Shown: in pieces, positions 1-11,390 of the stretch
Layout of the letters: the number at the start of each line of letters is the position of its first letter
Numbering within the stretch: position 1 is the stretch's first letter
DNA from: Auanema rhodensis
Lineage: Eukaryota; Animalia; Nematoda
DNA length: 64,000 bases
Assembly (NCBI GenBank): GCA_964057225.1
Contig: OZ059897.1
Coordinates: 19,034,001-19,098,000, forward strand
Direction: 5' to 3'
Translations under genes and position numbers: made by a program
Notes under the pieces: model-generated
Told to the model about the DNA's origin: nothing
Seen by the model: only the letters and a program-made list of their open reading frames with translations
Database searches by the model: none

Positions 1-47
1 ACAATGTTATTCAACGAAAAAATTATTTCTTCAGGGTGAAAATCGAG

Positions 48-69
48 GATATAAGTGTGAACTTATATC
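48..69. other. Inverted repeat in monomer: 9-bp stem, GTGA loop (recurs every 351 bp)
   Basis: gatataagt (48-56) is the reverse complement of acttatatc (61-69); loop gtga. It overlaps a second dyad, atatca-gt-tgatat (65-78). Confidence 0.9.
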
Positions 70-80
70 AGTTGATATCT

Positions 81-145
81 CGGTGCATTTTTAAGCTAGC
101 GCAAATCTGATAACACAGATCGACGCAGCTTAAAAATCCGGATCG
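81..145. other. Long imperfect inverted repeat (~65 nt) in monomer
   Basis: Perfect 11-bp atttttaagct (87-97)/agcttaaaaat (127-137); inner gcg/cgc and atctg (105-109)/cagat (116-120) around loop ataaca; outer cggtgc/gcatcg with one G-T pair in the majority allele (copy 1 carries the minority g at 141). Confidence 0.9.
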
Positions 146-220
146 AATGCACTATACTACATTAAGAAACACTTGATACAAAAATTAGTTATGATCGTTT
201 GAAAAATGATGCATTAGTGT

Positions 221-248
221 ATGTTGAGTTTCCATGTACACTCAACAT
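221..248. other. Inverted repeat in monomer: 9-bp stem, 10-nt loop
   Basis: atgttgagt (221-229)/actcaacat (240-248), loop ttccatgtac. Confidence 0.9.
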
Positions 249-261
249 TGCTTCCAAAAAC

Positions 262-296
262 ATTTTGACAAAAATTTTTTCGAAAAATTTCAAAAT
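262..296. other. A/T-tract dyad centred on TCGA
   Basis: Perfect 12-bp palindrome tttttcgaaaaa (276-287), flanked by aaa/ttt and attttg/caaaat. Confidence 0.8.
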
Positions 297-550
297 AATT
301 TAGCAAAAAGTAGATGTTTTAAGATTCCATTTTTCAAGGCAAAGACGATGGACAATGTTATTCAACGAAAAAATCAATTCTTCAGGGTGAAAATCGAGGA
401 TATAAGTGTGAACTTATATCAGTTGATATCTCGGTGCATTTTTAAGCTAGCGCAAATCTGATAACACAGATCGACGCAGCTTAAAAATCCGCATCGAATG
501 CACTATACTACATTGAGAAACGCTTAATACAAAAATTAGTTATGATCGTT

Positions 551-3500
551 CGAAAAATGATGCATTAGTGTATGTTGAGTTTCCATGTACACTCAACATT
601 GCTTCCAAAAACATTTCGACAAAAATTTTTTCGAAAAATTTCAAAATAATTTAGCAAAAAGTAGATGTTTTTAAATTCCATTTCTCAAGGCAAAGACGAT
701 AGACAATGTTATTCAACGAAAAAATTATTTCTTCAGGGTGAAAATCGAGGATATAAGTGTGAACTTATATCAGTTGATATCTCGGTGCATTTTTAAGCTA
801 GCGCAAATCTGATAACACAGATCGACGCAGCTTAAAAATCCGGATCGAATGCACTATACTACATTAAGAAACACTTGATACAAAAATTAGTTATGATCGT
901 TTGAAAAATGATGCATTAGTGTATGTTGAGTTTCCATGTACACTCAACATTGCTTCCAAAAACATTTTGACAAAAATTTTTTCGAAAAATTTCAAAATAA
1001 TTTAGCAAAAAGTAGATGTTTTAAGATTCCATTTTTCAAGGCAAAGACGATGGACAATGTTATTCAACGAAAAAATCAATTCTTCAGGGTGAAAATCGAG
1101 GATATAAGTGTGAACTTATATCAGTTGATATCTCGGTGCATTTTTAAGCTAGCGCAAATCTGATAACACAGATCGACGCAGCTTAAAAATCCGCATCGAA
1201 TGCACTATACTACATTGAGAAACGCTTAATACAAAAATTAGTTATGATCGTTTGAAAAATGATGCATTAGTGTATGTTGTGTTTCCATGTACACTCAACA
1301 TTGCTTCCAAAAACATTTTGACAAAAATTTTTTCGAAAAATTTCAAAATAATTTAGCAAAAAGTAGATGTTTTTAGATTCCATTTTTCAAGGCAAAGACG
1401 ATAGACAATGTTATTCAACGAAAAAATTAATTCTTCAGGGTGAAAATCGAGGATATAAGTGTGAACTTATATCAGTTGATATCTCGGTGCATTTTTAAGC
1501 TAGCGCAAATCTGATAACACAGATCGACGCAGCTTAAAAATCCGCATCGAATGCACTATACTACATTGAGAAACGCTTAATACAAAAATTAGTTATGATC
1601 GTTTGAAAAATGATGCATTAGTGTATGTTGAGTTTCCATGTACACTCAACATTGCTTCCAAAAACATTTCGACAAAAATTTTTTCGAAAAATTTCAAAAT
1701 AATTTAGCAAAAAGTAGATGTTTTTAAATTCCATTTCTCAAGGCAAAGACGATAGACAATGTTATTCAACGAAAAAATTATTTCTTCAGGGTGAAAATCG
1801 AGGATATAAGTGTGAACTTATATCAGTTGATATCTCGGTGCATTTTTAAGCTAGCGCAAATCTGATAACACAGATCGACGCAGCTTAAAAATCCGCATCG
1901 AATGCACTATACTACATTGAGAAACGCTTAATACAAAAATTAGTTATGATCGTTTGAAAAATGATGCATTAGTGTATGTTGAGTTTCCATGTACACTCAA
2001 CATTGCTTCCAAAAACATTTTGACAAAAATTTTTTCGAAAAATTTCAAAATAATTTAGCAAAAAGTAGATGTTTTTAGATTCCTTTTTTCAAGGCAAAAA
2101 CGATGGACAATGTTATTCAACGAAAAAATTAATTCTTCAGGGTGAAAATCGAGGATATAAGTGTGAACTTATATCAGTTGATATCTCGGTGCATTTTTAA
2201 GCTAGCGCAAATCTGATAACACAGATCGACGCAGCTTAAAAATCCGCATCGAATGCACTATACTACATTGAGAAACGCTTAATACAAAAATTAGTTATGA
2301 TCGTTTGAAAAATGATGCATTAGTGTATGTTGAGTTTCCATGTACACTCAACATTGCTTCCAAAAACATTTTGACAAAAATTTTTTCGAAAAATTTCAAG
2401 ATAATTTAGCAAAAAGTAGATGTTTTAAGATTCCATTTTTCAAAGCAAAGACGATGGACAATGTTATTCAACGAAAAAATTAATTCTTCAGGGTGAAAAT
2501 CGAGGATATAAGTGTGAACTTATATCAGTTGATATCTCGGTGCATTTTTAAGCTAGCGCAAATCTGATAACACAGATCGACGCAGCTTAAAAATCCGCAT
2601 CGAATGCACTATACTACATTGAGAAACGCTTAATACAAAAATTAGTTATGATCGTTTGAAAAATGATGCATTAGTGTATGTTGAGTTTCCATGTACACTC
2701 AACATTGCTTCCAAAAACATTTTGACAAAAATTTTTTCGAAAAATTTCAAAATAATTTAGCAAAAAGTAGATGTTTTTAGATTCCTTTTTTCAAGGCAAA
2801 GACGATGGACAATGTTATTCAACGAAAAAATTATTTCTTCAGGGTGAAAATCGAGGATATAAGTGTGAACTTATATCAGTTGATATCTCGGTGCATTTTT
2901 AAGCTAGCGCAAATCTGATAACACAGATCGACGCAGCTTAAAAATCCGCATCGAATGCACTATACTACATTGAGAAACGCTTAATACAAAAATTAGTTAT
3001 GATCGTTCGAAAAATGATGCATTAGTGTATGTTGAGTTTCCATGTACACTCAACATTGCTTCCAAAAACATTTCGACAAAAATTTTTTCGAAAAATTTCA
3101 AAATAATTTAGCAAAAAGTAGATGTTTTTAAATTCCATTTCTCAAGGCAAAGACGATAGACAATGTTATTCAACGAAAAAATTATTTCTTCAGGGTGAAA
3201 ATCGAGGATATAAGTGTGAACTTATATCAGTTGATATCTCGGTGCATTTTTAAGCTAGCGCAAATCTGATAACACAGATCGACGCAGCTTAAAAATCCGG
3301 ATCGAATGCACTATACTACATTAAGAAACACTTGATACAAAAATTAGTTATGATCGTTTGAAAAATGATGCATTAGTGTATGTTGAGTTTCCATGTACAC
3401 TCAACATTGCTTCCAAAAACATTTTGACAAAAATTTTTTCGAAAAATTTCAAAATAATTTAGCAAAAAGTAGATGTTTTAAGATTCCATTTTTCAAGGCA

Positions 3501-5464
3501 AAGACGATGGACAATGTTATTCAACGAAAAAATCAATTCTTCAGGGTGAAAATCGAGGATATAAGTGTGAACTTATATCAGTTGATATCTCGGTGCATTT
3601 TTAAGCTAGCGCAAATCTGATAACACAGATCGACGCAGCTTAAAAATCCGCATCGAATGCACTATACTACATTGAGAAACGCTTAATACAAAAATTAGTT
3701 ATGATCGTTTGAAAAATGATGCATTAGTGTATGTTGTGTTTCCATGTACACTCAACATTGCTTCCAAAAACATTTTGACAAAAATTTTTTCGAAAAATTT
3801 CAAAATAATTTAGCAAAAAGTAGATGTTTTTAGATTCCATTTTTCAAGGCAAAGACGATAGACAATGTTATTCAACGAAAAAATTAATTCTTCAGGGTGA
3901 AAATCGAGGATATAAGTGTGAACTTATATCAGTTGATATCTCGGTGCATTTTTAAGCTAGCGCAAATCTGATAACACAGATCGACGCAGCTTAAAAATCC
4001 GCATCGAATGCACTATACTACATTGAGAAACGCTTAATACAAAAATTAGTTATGATCGTTTGAAAAATGATGCATTAGTGTATGTTGAGTTTCCATGTAC
4101 ACTCAACATTGCTTCCAAAAACATTTCGACAAAAATTTTTTCGAAAAATTTCAAAATAATTTAGCAAAAAGTAGATGTTTTTAAATTCCATTTCTCAAGG
4201 CAAAGACGATAGACAATGTTATTCAACGAAAAAATTATTTCTTCAGGGTGAAAATCGAGGATATAAGTGTGAACTTATATCAGTTGATATCTCGGTGCAT
4301 TTTTAAGCTAGCGCAAATCTGATAACACAGATCGACGCAGCTTAAAAATCCGCATCGAATGCACTATACTACATTGAGAAACGCTTAATACAAAAATTAG
4401 TTATGATCGTTTGAAAAATGATGCATTAGTGTATGTTGAGTTTCCATGTACACTCAACATTGCTTCCAAAAACATTTTGACAAAAATTTTTTCGAAAAAT
4501 TTCAAAATAATTTAGCAAAAAGTAGATGTTTTTAGATTCCTTTTTTCAAGGCAAAAACGATGGACAATGTTATTCAACGAAAAAATTAATTCTTCAGGGT
4601 GAAAATCGAGGATATAAGTGTGAACTTATATCAGTTGATATCTCGGTGCATTTTTAAGCTAGCGCAAATCTGATAACACAGATCGACGCAGCTTAAAAAT
4701 CCGCATCGAATGCACTATACTACATTGAGAAACGCTTAATACAAAAATTAGTTATGATCGTTTGAAAAATGATGCATTAGTGTATGTTGAGTTTCCATGT
4801 ACACTCAACATTGCTTCCAAAAACATTTTGACAAAAATTTTTTCGAAAAATTTCAAGATAATTTAGCAAAAAGTAGATGTTTTAAGATTCCATTTTTCAA
4901 AGCAAAGACGATGGACAATGTTATTCAACGAAAAAATTAATTCTTCAGGGTGAAAATCGAGGATATAAGTGTGAACTTATATCAGTTGATATCTCGGTGC
5001 ATTTTTAAGCTAGCGCAAATCTGATAACACAGATCGACGCAGCTTAAAAATCCGCATCGAATGCACTATACTACATTGAGAAACGCTTAATACAAAAATT
5101 AGTTATGATCGTTTGAAAAATGATGCATTAGTGTATGTTGAGTTTCCATGTACACTCAACATTGCTTCCAAAAACATTTTGACAAAAATTTTTTCGAAAA
5201 ATTTCAAAATAATTTAGCAAAAAGTAGATGTTTTTAGATTCCTTTTTTCAAGGCAAAGACGATGGACAATGTTATTCAACGAAAAAATTATTTCTTCAGG
5301 GTGAAAATCGAGGATATAAGTGTGAACTTATATCAGTTGATATCTCGGTGCATTTTTAAGCTAGCGCAAATCTGATAACACAGATCGACGCAGCTTAAAA
5401 ATCCGCATCGAATGCACTATACTACATTGAGAAACGCTTAATACAAAAATTAGTTATGATCGTT
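551..5464. repeat. Tandem duplication of a 7-monomer unit (2457 bp)
   Basis: Rare alleles recur at 2457 bp: cgttCgaa 551/3008, gttgTgtt 1280/3737, caaGat 2400/4857. Boundaries approximate. Confidence 0.85.
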
Positions 5465-8400
5465 TGAAAAATGATGCATTAGTGTATGTTGAGTTTCCAT
5501 GTACACTCAACATTGCTTCCAAAAACATTTTGACAAAAATTTTTTCGAAAAATTTCAAGATAATTTAGCAAAAAGTAGATGTTTTAAGATTCCATTTTTC
5601 AAAGCAAAGACGATGGACAATGTTATTCAACGAAAAAATTAATTCTTCAGGGTGAAAATCGAGGATATAAGTGTGAACTTATATCAGTTGATATCTCGGT
5701 GCATTTTTAAGCTAGCGCAAATCTGATAACACAGATCGACGCAGCTTAAAAATCCGCATCGAATGCACTATACTACATTGAGAAACGCTTAATACAAAAA
5801 TTAGTTATGATCGTTTGAAAAATGATGCATTAGTGTATGTTGAGTTTCCATGTACACTCAACATTGCTTCCAAAAACATTTTGACAAAAATTTTTTCGAA
5901 AAATTTCAAAATAATTTAGCAAAAAGTAGATGTTTTTAGATTCCTTTTTTCAAGGCAAAGACGATGGACAATGTTATTCAACGAAAAAATTATTTCTTCA
6001 GGGTGAAAATCGAGGATATAAGTGTGAACTTATATCAGTTGATATCTCGGTGCATTTTTAAGCTAGCGCAAATCTGATAACACAGATCGACGCAGCTTAA
6101 AAATCCGCATCGAATGCACTATACTACATTGAGAAACGCGTGATACAAAAATTAGTTATGATCGTTTGAAAAATGATGCATTAGTGTATGTTGAGTTTCC
6201 ATGTACACTCAACATTGCTTCCAAAAACATTTTGACAAAAATTTTTTCGAAAAATTTCAAAATAATTTAGCAAAAAGTAGATGTTTTTAGATTCCTTTTT
6301 TCAAGGCAAAGACGATGGACAATGTTATTCAACGAAAAAATTATTTCTTCAGGGTGAAAATCGAGGATATAAGTGTGAACTTATATCAGTTGATATCTCG
6401 GTGCATTTTTAAGCTAGCGCAAATCTGATAACACAGATCGACGCAGCTTAAAAATCCGCATCGAATGCACTATACTACATTGAGAAACGCGTGATACAAA
6501 AATTAGTTATGATCGTTTGAAAAATGATGCATTAGTGTATGTTGAGTTTCCATGTACACTCAACATTGCTTCCAAAAACATTTTGACAAAAATTTTTTCG
6601 AAAAATTTCAAAATAATTTAGCAAAAAGTAGATGTTTTTAGATTCCTTTTTTCAAGGCAAAGACGATGGACAATGTTATTCAACGAAAAAATTATTTCTT
6701 CAGGGTGAAAATCGAGGATATAAGTGTGAACTTATATCAGTTGATATCTCGGTGCATTTTTAAGCTAGCGCAAATCTGATAACACAGATCGACGCAGCTT
6801 AAAAATCCGCATCGAATGCACTATACTACATTGAAAAACGCTTGATACAAAAATTAGTTATGATCGTTTGAAAAATGATGCATTAGTGTATGTTGAGTTT
6901 CCATGTACACTCAACATTGCTTCCAAAAACATTTTGACAAAAATTTTTTCGAAAAATTTCAAAATAATTTAGCAAAAAGTAGATGTTTTTAGATTCCTTT
7001 TTTCAAGGCAAAGACGATGGACAATGTTATTCAACGAAAAAATTATTTCTTCAGGGTGAAAATCGAGGATATAAGTGTGAACTTATATCAGTTGATATCT
7101 CGGTGCATTTTTAAGCTAGCGCAAATCTGATAACACAGATCGACGCAGCTTAAAAATCCGCATCGAATGCACTATACTACATTGAGAAACGCTTAATACA
7201 AAAATTAGTTATGATCGTTTGAAAAATGATGCATTAGTGTATGTTGAGTTTCCATGTACACTCAACATTGCTTCCAAAAACATTTTGACAAAAATTTTTT
7301 CGAAAAATTTCAAAATAATTTAGCAAAAAGTAGATGTTTTTAGATTCCTTTTTTCAAGGCAAAGACGATGGACAATGTTATTCAACGAAAAAATTATTTC
7401 TTCAGGGTGAAAATCGAGGATATAAGTGTGAACTTATATCAGTTGATATCTCGGTGCATTTTTAAGCTAGCGCAAATCTGATAACACAGATCGACGCAGC
7501 TTAAAAATCCGCATCGAATGCACTATACTACATTGAGAAACGCTTAATACAAAAATTAGTTATGATCGTTCGAAAAATGATGCATTAGTGTATGTTGAGT
7601 TTCCATGTACACTCAACATTGCTTCCAAAAACATTTCGACAAAAATTTTTTCGAAAAATTTCAAAATAATTTAGCAAAAAGTAGATGTTTTTAAATTCCA
7701 TTTCTCAAGGCAAAGACGATAGACAATGTTATTCAACGAAAAAATTATTTCTTCAGGGTGAAAATCGAGGATATAAGTGTGAACTTATATCAGTTGATAT
7801 CTCGGTGCATTTTTAAGCTAGCGCAAATCTGATAACACAGATCGACGCAGCTTAAAAATCCGGATCGAATGCACTATACTACATTAAGAAACACTTGATA
7901 CAAAAATTAGTTATGATCGTTTGAAAAATGATGCATTAGTGTATGTTGAGTTTCCATGTACACTCAACATTGCTTCCAAAAACATTTTGACAAAAATTTT
8001 TTCGAAAAATTTCAAAATAATTTAGCAAAAAGTAGATGTTTTAAGATTCCATTTTTCAAGGCAAAGACGATGGACAATGTTATTCAACGAAAAAATCAAT
8101 TCTTCAGGGTGAAAATCGAGGATATAAGTGTGAACTTATATCAGTTGATATCTCGGTGCATTTTTAAGCTAGCGCAAATCTGATAACACAGATCGACGCA
8201 GCTTAAAAATCCGCATCGAATGCACTATACTACATTGAGAAACGCTTAATACAAAAATTAGTTATGATCGTTTGAAAAATGATGCATTAGTGTATGTTGT
8301 GTTTCCATGTACACTCAACATTGCTTCCAAAAACATTTTGACAAAAATTTTTTCGAAAAATTTCAAAATAATTTAGCAAAAAGTAGATGTTTTTAGATTC

Positions 8401-11390
8401 CATTTTTCAAGGCAAAGACGATAGACAATGTTATTCAACGAAAAAATTAATTCTTCAGGGTGAAAATCGAGGATATAAGTGTGAACTTATATCAGTTGAT
8501 ATCTCGGTGCATTTTTAAGCTAGCGCAAATCTGATAACACAGATCGACGCAGCTTAAAAATCCGCATCGAATGCACTATACTACATTGAGAAACGCTTAA
8601 TACAAAAATTAGTTATGATCGTTTGAAAAATGATGCATTAGTGTATGTTGAGTTTCCATGTACACTCAACATTGCTTCCAAAAACATTTCGACAAAAATT
8701 TTTTCGAAAAATTTCAAAATAATTTAGCAAAAAGTAGATGTTTTTAAATTCCATTTCTCAAGGCAAAGACGATAGACAATGTTATTCAACGAAAAAATTA
8801 TTTCTTCAGGGTGAAAATCGAGGATATAAGTGTGAACTTATATCAGTTGATATCTCGGTGCATTTTTAAGCTAGCGCAAATCTGATAACACAGATCGACG
8901 CAGCTTAAAAATCCGCATCGAATGCACTATACTACATTGAGAAACGCTTAATACAAAAATTAGTTATGATCGTTTGAAAAATGATGCATTAGTGTATGTT
9001 GAGTTTCCATGTACACTCAACATTGCTTCCAAAAACATTTTGACAAAAATTTTTTCGAAAAATTTCAAAATAATTTAGCAAAAAGTAGATGTTTTTAGAT
9101 TCCTTTTTTCAAGGCAAAAACGATGGACAATGTTATTCAACGAAAAAATTAATTCTTCAGGGTGAAAATCGAGGATATAAGTGTGAACTTATATCAGTTG
9201 ATATCTCGGTGCATTTTTAAGCTAGCGCAAATCTGATAACACAGATCGACGCAGCTTAAAAATCCGCATCGAATGCACTATACTACATTGAGAAACGCTT
9301 AATACAAAAATTAGTTATGATCGTTTGAAAAATGATGCATTAGTGTATGTTGAGTTTCCATGTACACTCAACATTGCTTCCAAAAACATTTTGACAAAAA
9401 TTTTTTCGAAAAATTTCAAGATAATTTAGCAAAAAGTAGATGTTTTAAGATTCCATTTTTCAAAGCAAAGACGATGGACAATGTTATTCAACGAAAAAAT
9501 TAATTCTTCAGGGTGAAAATCGAGGATATAAGTGTGAACTTATATCAGTTGATATCTCGGTGCATTTTTAAGCTAGCGCAAATCTGATAACACAGATCGA
9601 CGCAGCTTAAAAATCCGCATCGAATGCACTATACTACATTGAGAAACGCTTAATACAAAAATTAGTTATGATCGTTTGAAAAATGATGCATTAGTGTATG
9701 TTGAGTTTCCATGTACACTCAACATTGCTTCCAAAAACATTTTGACAAAAATTTTTTCGAAAAATTTCAAAATAATTTAGCAAAAAGTAGATGTTTTTAG
9801 ATTCCTTTTTTCAAGGCAAAGACGATGGACAATGTTATTCAACGAAAAAATTATTTCTTCAGGGTGAAAATCGAGGATATAAGTGTGAACTTATATCAGT
9901 TGATATCTCGGTGCATTTTTAAGCTAGCGCAAATCTGATAACACAGATCGACGCAGCTTAAAAATCCGCATCGAATGCACTATACTACATTGAGAAACGC
10001 TTAATACAAAAATTAGTTATGATCGTTTGAAAAATGATGCATTAGTGTATGTTGAGTTTCCATGTACACTCAACATTGCTTCCAAAAACATTTTGACAAA
10101 AATTTTTTCGAAAAATTTCAAGATAATTTAGCAAAAAGTAGATGTTTTAAGATTCCATTTTTCAAAGCAAAGACGATGGACAATGTTATTCAACGAAAAA
10201 ATTAATTCTTCAGGGTGAAAATCGAGGATATAAGTGTGAACTTATATCAGTTGATATCTCGGTGCATTTTTAAGCTAGCGCAAATCTGATAACACAGATC
10301 GACGCAGCTTAAAAATCCGCATCGAATGCACTATACTACATTGAGAAACGCTTAATACAAAAATTAGTTATGATCGTTTGAAAAATGATGCATTAGTGTA
10401 TGTTGAGTTTCCATGTACACTCAACATTGCTTCCAAAAACATTTTGACAAAAATTTTTCCGAAAAATTTCAAAATAATTTAGCAAAAAGTAGATGTTTTT
10501 AGATTCCTTTTTTCAAGGCAAAGACGATGGACAATGTTATTCAACGAAAAAATTATTTCTTCAGGGTGAAAATCGAGGATATAAGTGTGAACTTATATCA
10601 GTTGATATCTCGGTGCATTTTTAAGCTAGCGCAAATCTGATAACACAGATCGACGCAGCTTAAAAATCCGCATCGAATGCACTATACTACATTGAGAAAC
10701 GCGTGATACAAAAATTAGTTATGATCGTTTGAAAAATGATGCATTAGTGTATGTTGAGTTTCCATGTACACTCAACATTGCTTCCAAAAACATTTTGACA
10801 AAAATTTTTTCGAAAAATTTCAAAATAATTTAGCAAAAAGTAGATGTTTTTAGATTCCTTTTTTCAAGGCAAAGACGATGGACAATGTTATTCAACGAAA
10901 AAATTATTTCTTCAGGGTGAAAATCGAGGATATAAGTGTGAACTTATATCAGTTGATATCTCGGTGCATTTTTAAGCTAGCGCAAATCTGATAACACAGA
11001 TCGACGCAGCTTAAAAATCCGCATCGAATGCACTATACTACATTGAGAAACGCGTGATACAAAAATTAGTTATGATCGTTTGAAAAATGATGCATTAGTG
11101 TATGTTGAGTTTCCATGTACACTCAACATTGCTTCCAAAAACATTTTGACAAAAATTTTTTCGAAAAATTTCAAAATAATTTAGCAAAAAGTAGATGTTT
11201 TTAGATTCCTTTTTTCAAGGCAAAGACGATGGACAATGTTATTCAACGAAAAAATTATTTCTTCAGGGTGAAAATCGAGGATATAAGTGTGAACTTATAT
11301 CAGTTGATATCTCGGTGCATTTTTAAGCTAGCGCAAATCTGATAACACAGATCGACGCAGCTTAAAAATCCGCATCGAATGCACTATACT
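3008..11390. repeat. ~11-monomer block repeated at a 13-monomer offset (4563 bp)
   Basis: Marker pairs 3008/7571, 3737/8300, 4857/9420, 5559/10122; ORF starts 3393/7956. The match ends near 6830/11390. Confidence 0.8.

Noticed and set aside
276-296. CENP-B box
   Set aside because: TTCG is present but the required downstream CGGG is absent.
1-351. Tandem 5S rRNA, tRNA, snRNA or spliced-leader gene unit
   Set aside because: No recognisable 5S sequence, cloverleaf, A/B boxes or leader motif, and no gene-versus-spacer contrast of the expected kind.
1-351. Monomer as an ancient dimer of ~175-bp subunits
   Set aside because: Only a faint echo (gttat...cg...aaaaat at 6 and 188), not distinguishable from chance in AT-rich DNA by eye.
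1-351. Assignment to the Drosophila 1.688 (359-bp) family or to ~350-360-bp beetle satellites
   Set aside because: Length and AT content are similar, but I recognise no alignable sequence; a database search is needed.
320-392. Hammerhead ribozyme on the minus strand (tcttcag reads CUGAAGA; a downstream GAAA exists), as known from newt, schistosome and cave-cricket satellites
   Set aside because: I could not build a convincing stem II, stem III or NUH site, and found no partner for stem I. The plus-strand ctgataa lacks the conserved G. An Infernal search with hammerhead models would settle it.
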